From: Eledone cirrhosa
Taxonomy: Eukaryota
Length of the DNA stretch: 64,000 nt
Direction of reading: 5' to 3'
NCBI GenBank assembly: GCA_964016885.1
Contig: OZ024746.1
Location: 33,356,001-33,420,000 of the forward strand
The notes under the pieces: model-generated
The model's database searches: none
What the model saw: the letters and a program-made list of their open reading frames with translations, nothing else
What the model was told of the DNA's origin: nothing
Translations under genes and position numbers: made by a program
In this document: positions 13,363 to 30,290 of the stretch, in pieces
Position numbering within the stretch: the stretch's first letter is position 1
Layout of the letters: every line of letters begins with the position of its first letter

Positions 13363-13533
13363 TGATTGTTTCTACTTTTGGCACTAGGCCATCAATTACC
13401 AGTATATTACTGGTACTTTATTTTATCGACCCCGTAAGGATGAAAGGCAAAGTTAACCTCGGCGGGATTTGAACTCAAAGGGACGTAACTAAGCATAGCG
13501 TCCGACCCTCTACCGATACTGCCAATCCACCGC
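13363..13533 (-). mobile_element. tRNA-derived SINE
   Basis: Full head-body-tail match to 807-992. Confidence 0.85.
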
Positions 13534-13580
13534 CGTTTAGAGACAAATATAATAAACGATAGCCACAAAAACAGACGTTT

Positions 13581-13614
<34 letters not shown>

Positions 13615-13725
13615 GAATATATGTATAGCTACATAACTACGTATGTGGGTGTATATGGAAGTGTATATTTTTGACAAATATCGTAAAGGATAGACACACA
13701 AGAACACATACATTTCTATGTATGC

Positions 13726-13829
<104 letters not shown>

Positions 13830-14378
13830 AGGTATATATGTACGTATGTTTGTATGTATATATATATGCATATGTTTACACATCTATAGGTATATGAATA
13901 TATCTATACCTATAATATATATGTGTGTGAGTCTATGTGTGTATGTGTGTCTGTGTGATTGTGTGCTTTTGTCTGTGGAAAGTTTGAAAGTATCTAAATA
14001 AATTTATATACATAAATATGTATATAATCAGATATTTACCGATGCATTTATGAATATGTTTACAATCGTTCATTCCATATATTGTTTGGTGATAAAATTT
14101 TGGTGCAATTTTTCTTTATCTTATGTGAAAACAAAGGTGTTTCGTGTATGTAAACATATGTATGTGAAGGCATGTATAAAAATATATAAGTATATACATA
14201 TAAATATATATATATATTCATGTATATATGCATAGTTATATATATATATATATATATGTATGCATAGTATCTATACATATATATATTTACATATATTAAT
14301 ACACAAATACATGTGTATATATATACATATATAAATGAATAAATAAATAGATACACACACACACGCGCACACACACAT

Positions 14379-14410
<32 letters not shown>

Positions 14411-14863
14411 TACATCTTTATAAACATCTCAAAATCCCATCTCATCACATCAAACCCCAACTCTAACCGACTAAACACAGCCCTTACATGTATTCATGAA
14501 ATTCTAAACACGCTATCTTCATTCAAATAATTCACTATCAAAGGAATTATAAAACCATGTTCATTCCTGAACCAGGATGCGAATTGTCAAAGCAAATATT
14601 ACCATATCATATACTTGGCGACAGGAATGGTGTGGTGTGCTGATGTTTTTTCTATTCATGACAACATGCACATTTACTTTGTAAATCTTACTTGGATGGG
14701 TTTGCCATCATACATTTATACATAAATCTTAGTGAATAAATAATAGATGAATTATATATGTGTATCCCAGTAATATTCTAAATATGTGTACATATGCACA
14801 TATGCATATATGTATATTCTTATGTGCATTTTTTTATATGTTTATATTTATATGTATTTATGA

Positions 14864-14931
<68 letters not shown>

Positions 14932-14980
14932 TAATAAAAATATATATATATAAAGGTAGATATATATATATAAATGTATA

Positions 14981-15029
<49 letters not shown>

Positions 15030-15034
15030 CTATA

Positions 15035-15153
<119 letters not shown>

Positions 15154-15587
15154 GTATGATTGGTTTCTTTATCAATTCTTAGATCACTTCACGACATATG
15201 ACAAATTGCATTTACGTAAACGGGGAAACGTTGATCCTAAATACCTATGTAATGTAAAGGAATGTAATACATACAATACAAAAATACTCAATACCAAACT
15301 CAATATAGAAAAGAAGGAATCAGATATAGTCAAAAGAACTGGCGTATTATGTAGCTCAAGAATAAGACTTACTGAAAGAATTTCAAAAGAGATTTTCGTG
15401 ACATTGCGAAATACAAAAAATATGTGGTTTTTATATATAGATATGGTTGCATTTTGTTTCGTTTGGAAAGGTATAGTAAATGAAAAACATGGCAATATTA
15501 TATTAGTGAATGTACCTTCTTACGACTGCGTCGACATTTCCCCTCCTGAAACACAGGCACATGTACGCGCGCACGCACATCCACCCC

Positions 15588-15648
<61 letters not shown>

Positions 15649-15661
15649 TTGTGTGTATATA

Positions 15662-15790
<129 letters not shown>

Positions 15791-16593
15791 GTACATACTT
15801 AGATACATACATAGATACATATATGTATATTGGTAACATGAAAATGAAAATCAGATAAAATATTTAAGAATGTATTGCTTTTACTAGAACCTACTCTATG
15901 TGGTGTGATTTTGTGTTCTGTTCTAAAGATAAACACATTTACAAGTGCCCACACATATACAACCATCACACGCAACAACGCACATGTTTGTATGTATATT
16001 TGCAGATATAGCGAACAGTTTCTTTGAAACATGTAATATTGAAAACACGATTGTGATCCATTTTGATTATATTTTATTAAGTCATTTTCAAATTTCTTTA
16101 GTAATCCTTTATGCTTTGAATTGGACAATAGCGTAGGGAAATCCTTATGTGCCTTATATGTCGGGGCTTCTACAACAGTGAGCATAGGAGTGGGCGTAAA
16201 TTATCATGGGAATGGTAGGAAGGAGGGGACGCTTTATTTCATAATTCTCAACGGTTGAAGCAAGGCAGTTATTATATGATGTGCCGGTATGATCATTTTT
16301 TTGTTTAGATTTTTATATAAGTAAAACCTACGTAAATATTTATTTTTTTATTAAGTAGAATTTTCTATAGAATTGTAATGTTATCAAATTCCGTTTCACG
16401 TACGATATATATCATAATATCTTTAATAGAAAAACGACCAAATCTGTGAGCATACATACAAACCCATACATTTACACACACCACACACATATCTCTCTAT
16501 CTATCTCTCTATCTATATCTATATCTATATCTATATCTATCTATCTCTATATATATATATTTATATATATATATATATGTTGATGTATATAAT

Positions 16594-16645
<52 letters not shown>

Positions 16646-16873
16646 CTATGTCTAGAACCGTTGAGCAGCAGGACATTTTGAATTTCTGAAGCTTCAACTT
16701 TTATATCTAAGGCAAAGAATATTTCAAAGCTCAAATTCTGAGAGAATTTCTAGACCTTCGGCCAACAAAGATATATTCACTCGAAATGCTATATGCTATA
16801 ATGATTCTCTTACGAGATCAGGGTTTAATGATGAAATATAGTTCAATTAAGTTACCTAATGATAAGATTTTTA

Positions 16874-16946
<73 letters not shown>

Positions 16947-16947
<1 letters not shown>

Positions 16948-17132
16948 ATCGTTTCTACTTTAGGCACAAAGCCAGCAATTAGCCAGTGCATTACTGGTAC
17001 TTTATTTTATCGCCCTCGTAAGGATGAAAGGCAAAGTCAACCTCAGCGGGATTTGAACTCAGATCGTAAAGGGACGTAACTATGCTGGAAAGCATGGCGT
17101 CCGACCCTCACTGATACTGCCAATCCACCGCC
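16947..17132 (-). mobile_element. tRNA-derived SINE
   Basis: Full head-body-tail match. Confidence 0.85.
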
Positions 17133-17627
17133 CTTCTTATATTATATATATATATATATAATGGAACTTTATAACATGCACAAAAATTGATGTTTAGCAA
17201 AGCTTGCTTTCTCCGTATTTTGTAGTGAAAGACAGTGTATATAGGCATGTATATATGTATGTAGGTTTATCTATATATAAATGTATGCATAACTACATGT
17301 CAAGAAGATCACTGTTTAAATTGAGCAGAATTTTAACATTCGAACAAATATCTATATCTACAAAAAACATTGGAAGACCAGTGAACATTCTGTAAAACAG
17401 AGGTAGAAAAAATGTGTTGTATAAACCGAAATTAGGTAAAAATGATATGCTTTTCAATGTCTTCTACGAAGGTAATTTGTAAAATTATGTGTTTTAAGGA
17501 TTCAAATACGTTTTTATCTCGATATAGCTCGGAACAGTACAGTGAGCAATGAGAAGAAGATAAAGCCGAACGTTAAGACTTCACTTGAAGCCTTTACCCA
17601 AAATTCTCACATCGATCTGTATTTCAG

Positions 17628-17681
17628 GCTCCAGTTTCAGATACCAACAAATATGAATATGTTAAAGATGGATTCCAAACT
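17628..17681 (+). CDS. Candidate 54-nt host exon (APVSDTNKYEYVKDGFQT), product unknown
   Basis: Acceptor gtatttcag, donor |gtaagt, open in phase 0; no recognised homology. Confidence 0.3.
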
Positions 17682-20199
17682 GTAAGTGTACGTTTATTTG
17701 AATTTGGTCAGGTATTTGTTATCTGAAAGCTTGATATAAACTCTGGGCATGAATAATGCACGGCAGGAATTAAGGGAAAGAGAGAAATTATGGACTTTTC
17801 ATAAAGAAAGATAAATTTTCAAAATATGATATGAAGTACAACATTTTAGGGATTGATGGCGAGCGTGTAACTCGATTATACAGAATTGAATCAACAAGAG
17901 TAATTAGTAACAATTCTCGCAAGGAAACATAGTAAGAATGAAAGAATTGTTTCAATTATGTAACTAAAGACAAAGAAGCGCTCGATTATTTTTGTCGCTA
18001 GTTTGATGTGGTTTGATAAATGGCTTTATATGGTCACCATTACATTAAACCATTACTACCTCTATCTTCAGTGGATTCGATTTTAAAATGTATGTGTACA
18101 AATAATATATGTTATGAAATGGAGAGCTATTGATCTAAATCCTGCATTTTCATTTCATCATGGACCACATTCCAGGTATCTTATACAGATATGTTGCCAT
18201 TGAGAGAAAGAAAGAAGTGGGAAAATTGGAAATATGAGTAAACGATGCACTATATAATCTGAATAAATCTAAAGATAAGAAGATAGAAAATATCCCCAAA
18301 TGCGAAAACTAAAATATACGTTAATAACGTTTTGTCGTTTTTCTCTTACTTAGATGTCAAGCCATTGTGAAGTAGACCCTCTCCTCTAACATTATTGTAT
18401 TGATGAAATATAAAGAGTTAGTCCATTTTATCGGTTATAATCCCTCGTATTGCAAATATTTAGTAATGTTCGTAATTTAGAAATTGACGCCATTATTTAT
18501 CACAAGTTTATCTACTATCCCTCGCTTCAAGTATTAGATAATTCAATTATATCGAGAATGACATATATGTAATCTTCCGGCGAAACTAGTTTGCAGCTAA
18601 GATAGATATGCCCACGTTTATAGACTTCCCATCATTTACGCATGTAATGCCTTAGGAGACAGCATAAATATCGAAAATGTATATTTCTCGTAAATGGAGT
18701 AAGAGCAATTTCGCTTAGTCAAATCAACACTTTATTATTTCATATATTCTTTTTTTTATATATACATCGTCAACTGAAACTTAATCTCTACACACTCTAT
18801 ACAACTTAATCTCTAAAAAAAGTAAAAGAATTATATCATATTCGCTGTAATGAATAGAGAATTTATGTCAACCATCTTACTTTAAAGGAAGCAAAAATAT
18901 TGAATCCCGGTTATTGTAATAACACTGGCAATTCACATGTTATACAACCTGGTACAATTAAGAAAACAGAAAAAATGCGTTTGAGAAGAGACGCAAAACG
19001 TCGCATAATATGAAAATGCGCCATACGTAATTTAATGTAAGAAAGCACACAAATGGAAGAATATTTTGATTAATTCGAACACAAGAATATGCCAGAGCTT
19101 CGCCGTTAAACAGAATAATCAGATACAACAACGAATTCTATTTTGCTCCACCAGGAGCTCAATAGGGAAACGATAAACCATTGCCATATCTAAAATAAAA
19201 GAAAAAGACTAATCACAAATCTATTGAAAAATGGAAGTAACAGACGATAACAGACATAAACTCTCTCAACAAATTTTGAAAGTAATTGTTGTATCCCATT
19301 TTGTCGTAAATCATGTTTCGGTCCGATATGAGGACACACAAGATTAAACAACATAAACCATAACAGCGATAACAGATGAATCGTGCTTGACCTTCCCGGC
19401 TAAAGGAAGCTTGCAGGAAAGATCTTCATAATGGACTTTGCTGATAACCTGATCCGGTTCTCCTATTTTTATGACATTATATGCTTCCAAATTCGAGAAC
19501 GGTTAATAATTTTAGATATATCTTGCTTGCTTGTGATTGTATTTATTCAAAACACACAGAGTAACATAATGCTGATAACTATATTCTTTAAAATACTGTA
19601 CTACATACGTGTGGAGCCATGAAGTTTTAACCCTGTCCAAATTACTTCCCTCAACCCTGATATTTATGTTATCTACTTCGTCTTCTATATTGAGATCAAT
19701 TTTCTACATTGCTGTAATGTAATGTTGTTTCGGGGTATATTAGAACGCGATTATAAAAAGGCCGAAACTAATATAAACTGAAGACAATTTACGTATGTTT
19801 TTTAAAGTTTCTGCAAATTCACCACCTTCCAAATAAACAACTATTCATTATTCAAAGTAATCCAAATTGAAAAGTTAAAAGATTACATCTGACAATTAAA
19901 CTTTAATTAAACAAAAAGTCAATAAATAATCTGAAAAGAAAATAATAAAAAAATAAATAGTTGGAAGATATAAATTTAGACGAAATGACTTAATCAAATG
20001 AGTAAAAGCTGTCTGTTAATTAAATTTTAAAAGAGTCAATTGGAGTCGTTCTTATAATCGCATGAACGTAATTCACAAAAAGATAACAACTAAAACATGT
20101 ATACAAAGACCCACCAACACATGGACACACACGCACATACGCACATACATCTAAATAGGCACACACACAAACACACACACACATATATATATGTATATA

Positions 20200-21658
<1,459 letters not shown>

Positions 21659-21667
21659 TACATATAT

Positions 21668-22060
21668 TTATATGTTTCCTCCTATTGTGTTGTATTTTAG
21701 TGTTTACGCCATTTTAAAATGGCGTAAGCACTACAATACAACACAACCCGAGGAAACATGATAATAGTACTACTGATGATGATGCAGATGTGCAACGAAA
21801 GACTTTGTTAGACTATATATATATTTATATCTGTATTTTTAACCGTTGGTCAGTCAATGATAAACATTGATTGCCAAATAAATTAACTATGGAGATATAA
21901 AAGATGCAGAAGGGAAAACCAAACAAACAGTGAGTGTGTTCTGTTATTATTTCTGGCAATATTATTACAACAATATGACGCTTCCCAAGTATAACAATAT
22001 TTGTTTCGACACACGATTTCATATCAGAAACCTCGCAAAACATATTCATCGTCGTCCTTA
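21668..22060 (+). mobile_element. PLE-derived module (family B) with 5' fold-back and HHR at 21768-21810
   Basis: Hairpin centred on ccatttt|aaaatgg; CTGATGA t gatgca-gatg-tgcaac GAAA gac TT; homologous to 62530-62822; 3' end resembles the PLE ends at 38673 and 41503. Confidence 0.7.
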
Positions 22061-22137
22061 TATATTTATAACAAAGAAGGACCCCGAGTAATCTGGTGCG
22101 TTATGGTTCACCTGGTATCTTACCACGCCTTCTTTGT

Positions 22138-22187
<50 letters not shown>

Positions 22188-22191
<4 letters not shown>

Positions 22192-22264
22192 TCAGCTGAA
22201 GCATTCATAGGTTAGGCAAGACACTCTGATTCAATGTGACCAAACGAGGTTTATTTTTCAATAT
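22188..22264 (-). mobile_element. Solo inverted copy of the mariner 3' terminus
   Basis: Reverse complement of ~21347-21420. Confidence 0.8.
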
Positions 22265-22269
22265 ATATA

Positions 22270-23730
22270 AGTATACATGATGGACTCTCCCGCCGCCGAC
22301 GATAGATGTGATTCCAGCAAATATATTCTGTTATGAGCACCATCGAACTCTAGCACTCCCGCTAAGAAGTGATCTGACGTCTGCATGATCATTCTGTCCA
22401 CATATTTCAAAATGTGCGAACAGCTTAACGCAAGTCAAATTCCATCCTCGACTATCTACATGCTGTTACCACCCATGATTCAATATGCACACCACACATC
22501 TTCAGTTTTACCTTCAGATTGTCCTTAAACTGGTAAACGACGTGTATCGTATCTCTTATCAGATCAAAGAACAACTGCTTCGGCAATCGCCATTCATCCA
22601 TTCTTACCAGGGGCCAGCCCATATCAGGTTTGCTTTGTTTAAGATTGTCACCATATCGGTGATATTGCAGTGTTTAAGGACCTAACTCTTTCTAATCTTC
22701 ACAGACAATTTAATCCACCAGATTCCACGTAGGCATAGAATGTGAACTGAAACTAAAGAACTAATTGTCTAATATGTTTGCGTTACGTGGTCCATCAGAA
22801 CTATGGAGAACTGTGGTGAGGATATGAGCTTTATAAACTTCAAACGTAACCCTCAAAAGCACATCATTATATTTCCATCACTACATTTCCATTGAGATTT
22901 TGCAGGACGATCGACAAGCCATCACGAGATCACATTTGATACCTGATGATGTAAAAGGGGGACAAACAAGGCCATTTCCTGTACCTGATCTAAACCCACA
23001 CTGTGATTCAAAATCACAGATTTTGCCAAAGAAGAGTTTCGGCGGTTCAGGATAACTCGAGCAAGTATCTTTCCTGCAACTGACAAAAAGATATCCCCCT
23101 ATAGTTGTCACATACACATGTGTTATCCTAGTCTTTGTAAAGTAATCTTTAAAATGTTGAGGTACAGAACACCTTTCCCATACACATTTTAATAACTCAA
23201 AGAGTTTCTCAGTTACTTGTGAGAGCCTTGGGACGTTCCAGATGTTACGGTCGTCATTTGTCCAATGGATACAACACACAGAGACGCACTGCAGAATGAC
23301 GTGCCTCATGGATACAACCTAAATATTTTCTGTATATGTGATGCTGCAAGAAGAAAACATGCTGGAGCAGATCATGCCGCGTATCCCGGACAGAGGGACT
23401 TGGCAGTAGATGAACTGCTTAAGTAGTGGAATATATCCCCCTATGATAAGGGGATGACCAGGCACTTCACTCTGAGTAGATGAGATCTAGGGCAGAGCAA
23501 GTTGGTTGAGCGTAAACAACTATAAAGCCAATGGCAGTATTCGCCACGTTTGCGCTACTTTTCAAAGACAGCTCAATTTCGGCTCATTACTGTGCGCGAC
23601 TGCTTCTCCCCATTGTAGTCTCGTCCTAGATCCTGTCCACCATGTGTTCCAGACCGAAACAACCTCCGATCGGTATGTCTTGTCAGCCAATAAATACAAT
23701 GCTTTGAGAGAAGGACAGTCAAACATATGA
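22270..23730 (-). mobile_element. Degenerate, internally deleted RTE-clade LINE
   Basis: Residual motifs WERCSVPQHFKD, ESQCGFRSG and a frameshifted YRGIS; downstream RTE-like remnants; GC-richer putative 5' UTR at 23340-23730. Confidence 0.65.
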
Positions 23731-24804
23731 CTTGTTGGTTTTAGTATACCTGAAAAAAATATATATAGCTGTTAATAACATTTTAAAGTAACACTTCAGA
23801 TGAAGATATCCGAGGGTATTAGCTACGCGAATACATTCTTAAAGAAATTTACTTTCGTCTACATAAGGCAAAATAATATGCAACAATTTATACTAAAAAT
23901 TTGGTTTCTTCAAATGTAACCCGGTGAAATATTTTTAGACAGACAAATGAACACAATGTAAAACTTCCGAAATAATGGCATATGTAAACAGAGAACAGTA
24001 GCTTAACACAAATATATGATAGCCCTCATTATTGAGAAGAGTTGCCAAATTTCTGATAGTGATAATACAGCATTATTTAGAAGTACAAATATATAGAAGA
24101 GACAAAAGAAAATCCAAATTCACTCACAACCATATAAATAATAAAAGAGAAATCCAAATTTGAAACCGAAGAAGACAATGGGAAAATAACATTTTAAATG
24201 ATGTGTGAATAGGACAAGAATGGTACAAAAGAAAAATATACGAAAAAGAAAAATGAAGACAATTTTCAAAGGAAAAAATGATAAACCGCAGATAATTTGA
24301 AGGAAATATTAAGGAAAAGAAACAGTTTGCTATAGTTACAATTTTAGAAAAGAATGAGTAAAATATGTGTAATATGTGAGAGTAAGACGAGCATACAAAT
24401 ATAAAACAATGTAGAAGAAATATGAAGAAAGTGGCGAAGGTGAAATCAAAATTATTAAAAAAATAAAAAAATGATTTAAAGCAAATAATTGAATAGTAGT
24501 AAGAGAAAATAAGAATAGAATTAGAATGAAAGTTGTATAGATGAAAATAAAAATAAAATATAAACAAAAAGGGGAAAGCATGATAATCTTGGATAGATTG
24601 AAAGAAAAAAATGCTAGAGTAGAAACAGAAATTTAAGACGCTGAAATGAAGATACAAAATTGACAGACGTAAAAGAAAAAAAAACATGTTCCGAGTATTT
24701 AAAAAGATTGAATAAAAGAAGATTTTATGATTTAGCTAAATCTAAAAGAAGCAATCAAAGGAAATTGAGAACACACACAAAAACACACTCCCACAAACAT
24801 ATAT

Positions 24805-24837
<33 letters not shown>

Positions 24838-25419
24838 CATTCATATATATATATGCGCGTGTGTGTGTAAAAATTCGTAAAGGTTTTGTTAAACTATGCA
24901 ATATATAAAATATATATATAAATGGAGAAAACATTCACGTACATTTCATCAAAAGAACATAACTAAAATTATATATAACTATATATAAAATAAAACAAAT
25001 ATAAATACTGAATAAATGTATGAATAAATACACGAAAGCAAATCAATAATATAAACATAAACAACAAAAAGATTCAGCATAACAAAATATAGAATGGAAA
25101 AAATAAATGATGAAAAAATATTACAATTTTTTATTTAGATAAACATAAAAAAGCATGAATATCAAATACATAAAAGAACAGAAGAATATTAAAGACAAAA
25201 ATGAACTAGTGAGCCAACTATACAATAGCAAAGGCTTAAGAAATAAAATACAACCACATAAACCTCATAGTAAAAGCCACACGACAACTTAGTAACACAA
25301 ACGTTGAACAATGAAAAAAATGAAGATATTTAAAGGGGAATAAAGATATAATTCATTAATAGCATGTAGAGCACAGAGAGTGAAACATGTATGGACAAAA
25401 AATACACACACGAACATAG

Positions 25420-25462
<43 letters not shown>

Positions 25463-25463
25463 A

Positions 25464-25552
<89 letters not shown>

Positions 25553-25574
25553 CATATGCATATATATATATGTA

Positions 25575-25630
<56 letters not shown>

Positions 25631-26373
25631 GTGAGATATAAATGGAGACAACAAGAAAGCGCTGAAGAAGAATAGAAGGAGGGAGAAAGACAGAGACATA
25701 CAGAGAAAGAGAAAAAACAAAAGAATATTCTTAAAAGAACCCAAACGATTAAACAAAACTAGAGTTGATAACGTATTTCGTAGAATCCGTAAAAGGTTAT
25801 TGCTTTCTAATCAAGCAGCCAGCTTTCGTCAGATGTTTGTTTATAATCACTTAAATGCATTGAAATGTACATGTTTATACATCCATGTTTAAACACACAG
25901 ACATACACACACATCCATACAGACACACGCACACACAAGCGCACGTACACACACTCACAAACAACCCATACATATATATATATATATTTATATATATATA
26001 CATACATACATACACACACACACATATATATATATACATATACATATATATATGTATATGTATGCGTATAACTTAAAGTAGAACAAAGAAATGTATCGTT
26101 GGAGGAGTATGTATATCTATATATCTATCTGTCTATCTCGCGCGCTCGTGTGTGTGTGTGTGCCTTTGTGTGTGTGTACGTGACTGTGTGTGTGTGTGTG
26201 TCACTCTGTGTGTATGTGTCTGCGTGTCAACATACTGTTCATTGGGAATGCTTACAATTTGAACTGACGCAATCAAAACGTAAATGACAACAATAATAGT
26301 CGATTACTAAATATACTATTAATAGAGATTGACTATTGTCGTATTTATTTACTTTGGGACCACTACATTTTAA

Positions 26374-26404
<31 letters not shown>

Positions 26405-26422
26405 AGTGTCTGTATGTATGTG

Positions 26423-26514
<92 letters not shown>

Positions 26515-26525
26515 ATTATATATAT

Positions 26526-26664
26526 GATTTCTAGTATTGGCACAAGGCCAGTAATTTGGGGAAAGTCGACTAAATGGACCCCGCTGCGTGACTGGTACTT
26601 TATTTTAACTCTACGCTGCAAAGCATTGTGTCCGACTCTCTACCGATACTGCCAATCCACCGCC
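26526..26664 (-). mobile_element. Internally deleted SINE
   Basis: Tail and head motifs present, middle missing. Confidence 0.75.
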
Positions 26665-27248
26665 TGTATATATATATATCTATATGTGACCCGTCTATTT
26701 CGTTCTTACTGCTTCCTCTTTCTCTGTGTCTTTACCCTCTCGAGCAGTCACTCTCTCTGTTAGCCTCTTCCTCACCCTTCACTCACTCATTCTCTGTTAC
26801 TACCTCTCCTCCTCCTCCTTCTTCCCGTTTGACCTGTGCGTAATTCCTTTCTTTCGCACCCTTGGTCTGGCAGGTCGCTTTTTTCTCTCTCTCGTCTACG
26901 ATTTCACAGAACTTGCGTTCACCGAATTCGCAGACTAGATCCTTCTTCCTCCCGTTAGACCTGTACGGAATTCCTTCCTTGCTCACATTCCAACCAGGTT
27001 TGATGGTCTTTATTCTCTCTCGTTCACGATTTCACCGAATTTAAATTCATAGAAATTTGGGACTTGACTCCTTCTTCCGCACTTTTCGTTGCTTCACCAT
27101 CTTTGTTTTTTTACACTCGTGTCCCCTTTATTTACGTGTCACAACGACTTTTCTTTAGCCGTTGCTCGCACCAACCGGAGGTGTATGGTCTTTAAAGCGA
27201 TGAAATACCAATGATGGTTGGAAGATCACTGATGAAGGACTAACTTTA

Positions 27249-27623
<375 letters not shown>

Positions 27624-27627
27624 TACA

Positions 27628-27853
27628 GGGCGGTGGTTTGGCAGTATCTGCAGAGAGTCGGACACAATGATTTGCAGTGTAGAGTTTCGGCGCTTTTCGG
27701 TCTGAGTTCAAATCCCGCTGAGGTTAGCTTTGCCTTTCATCCTTATGGGTAGATAAAACAAAGTAACAGTCAAGCAGCGGGGGGGGGGGGGGGGGGCATT
27801 TAGTCGACTTTCCCCTCCCCCAAATTACTGGTCTTGTGCCAATACTAGAAATC
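27628..27853 (+). mobile_element. tRNA-derived SINE
   Basis: Head gggcggtggtttggcagtatc, B-box gagttcaaatccc, tail gtgccaatactagaaatc. Confidence 0.85.
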
Positions 27854-27914
27854 ATATATATATATATAAACACAAAAACACCCACGCGCAGACATACAAA
27901 TAATACATACGTAC

Positions 27915-27953
<39 letters not shown>

Positions 27954-28172
27954 AACACACAGATACATGCGGACACATTCATATACATGAATATATCCAC
28001 ATCCATCCTTGAGTTAATGGTGCCAACCTTTACCGATGTAATAACTGGGACAAACCAATCCGAATGGATTAGACTGAACCAGTATCAGAGCTATAAAGTA
28101 CATTATGAAGAGAGAAGAAACATTAGATATAATTAGTAATAAGATGTATCATACCTAAACTGCTTCTAAATT

Positions 28173-28260
28173 CCTCGACTACGTAGTTTCGTGGCATAAT
28201 CAAAATCAATACATCACAGAGATATAGAATTTTTGTGAGGTCTGCCGACTTATCAAGAAG
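28173..28260 (-). ncRNA. Type I hammerhead ribozyme, U3-A8 core, long stem II
   Basis: Minus: cttc TTGATAA gtcggca..~45 nt..tgccac GAAA ctacgtag TC gagg; palindromic stem III; lies between inverted repeats ~28105-28168 and ~28398-28462. Confidence 0.7.
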
Positions 28261-28469
28261 ATACCTCATTAAGGGTTTCAAAACACGTCTGTAAGATGCG
28301 ATATAGAATCCCGAAAGGCGGAGGGGGAGTCAATCACGTGATACAGCGGTCAAGAAACAGAGCTAAGCCTCTTATAACCCTGAAAAAAAAAACTACGTAG
28401 AAGGAGTTTAGGTATGATACATCTTATTACTAATTATATCTAATGTTTCTTCTCTCTTCATATATATAT

Positions 28470-28503
<34 letters not shown>

Positions 28504-29299
28504 ATATGTGTGTTTATATGGACAAACACAGAAACCCCTACGCGCACATCTACAAATAACACACACACACACATATATATATATATAAGTATATAAAGTT
28601 CCATCACGCTTAACTGAACCGTCATCCTATCGTCATCCTATCCCCGAACATTATTATTAATTTTACTTTCTTTCTCACCCACTACCTTCTCATCGTCCCC
28701 ATCATCATCCTCAACATCATTACTGTCAACAATCCCAGCAATACTATCAGCAACACTAGCTAGAACAACAAATAAACCACAACCGTCGTCACCATTATAC
28801 CCATTCATCACCAGCGCATTCAAATTTACCTCACCATGAACATAAAGAAAAACAACAACAGATATATAAGCTATACAAAACATAACACACATAACCATAA
28901 AAAGTAGTTAATAATGTATTTTCTTTTTCATTGGTTTTGAAATCAAATGAAGTTCAAAGGAAATATTATATACTGGAGCTGATATTGCTCCTGCTACACT
29001 TTTTAAAACATTTTTATTATTGTAGCTGTTGTTTATGTTACTGTATATGTTCTCATTTTTATAATTGTTGTTATTGTTGTTATTGACGTTGTTTATATTA
29101 TTGCTACATATTTTGTTGTTAGTATTGATATTGTGTTTCTTCTTGCTATATATTTTGTTTTTCGTTTCTTATTGTTTTGGGGGGTTTCTGCTCTATATGG
29201 TGTAGCTCCTATTGCGTCTAATTTGTTATTTTTGTTGGTGTTACATTTATACATGTTATTTTCATTGTTTTACTTGAAGTTGTTATTGTTACACTTGTG

Positions 29300-29570
29300 A
29301 AGGTGTGTGCCATAGTGATTAAAGTTGTCAGTTCGATATCCTGCGGTGCATTGCTTTCTTGAACACGTCACTGTATATTACGTTGCAACGGTCAACACAG
29401 CTGCTTTATTTTAATTGTAATAGAAAGAGCTAATCTTGTCATATAATATTTAACAAGTAATCATACTGTCAAATACGTTAAAGGTACACGTAACTGTAGA
29501 TGTTTCGATGAACGAATCAACTGAAACCCACGTCATCAGAAGCATTGACGATCCACCTCATGCTCGTTGT
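29300..29570 (+). mobile_element. Old second-family tRNA-derived SINE
   Basis: ccatagtgattaa / gttcgatatcc boxes, then ttcttgaacacgtcactgtatattacgttgc; related to 57490-57630. Confidence 0.45.
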
Positions 29571-30146
29571 TTTATATTAAATATTTATATATATGATTAT
29601 ATAGATGGTGTTGTTTATTGTTTTGTAGCTGCCATTGTTCTCAGTGTGGTTAATAGAATAATGATGCTGTTGCTATTGTTTTCTTCAATTACATATAAGA
29701 TTTATTCATATTCTTTTCTATGTTGAGACTGTGTATCAAGTTTGTTATTGTAATGTATAACAATATATAAGTTGATGCTGACTTTTTGTGGTTTTCATTG
29801 TATCTATCACTACTTTATTATATATATCGTTTTGTCATTATTGTACTTGTTGCCAACGATATGGTTATTGTTTTTGTTGCCTTTACTGCTATATGTATAT
29901 TGATGCTGATATTGCTAATTTCACTTTTCAAATTTTGTTTTTGTTATGTACTTTGCTGTTGTTTTTGCTGTTGATTATGCTATTGTTATAATTGTTATTG
30001 TTGTTGGCATTGATATAGTTCTTAATTTTTATAGTAATTATTACTGCAACATAAAGTATATTGTTTATATCAGATTATTGTTACCAACAACTTGGGGTCT
30101 TGTAGCCAGGAAAACAAGAAATTCACATAATATTATTCTGCTCGTT

Positions 30147-30290
30147 GAGGCGGCAAATTGGCAGAATCGTAAGAATGTCGGATAGAATGCTTTGCGGTAT
30201 TCGTTTCGGTTCTCTGTTGTCTGATTTCAAATCCCGCCAATTCGAGGTCGAGAAAAAAAGTACCCCTCTAGTACTGGGGTGAATTCTTCC
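30147..30290 (+). mobile_element. Partial tRNA-derived SINE
   Basis: ggcggcaaattggcagaatcgt...ttcaaatcccgcc. Confidence 0.7.

Noticed and set aside
24120-24750. 187-aa hydrophobic ORF, and similar ORFs at 28620-30060
   Set aside because: Low-complexity A-rich or decayed trinucleotide sequence.
25765-25836. Possible minus-strand HHR (CTGACGA..GAAAtacgTT); also 40300-40400 and 41305-41335
   Set aside because: Stems I and II pair too poorly to support a call.
27628-27725. SINE heads as tRNA genes
   Set aside because: No complete cloverleaf; each is followed by a SINE body and tail.
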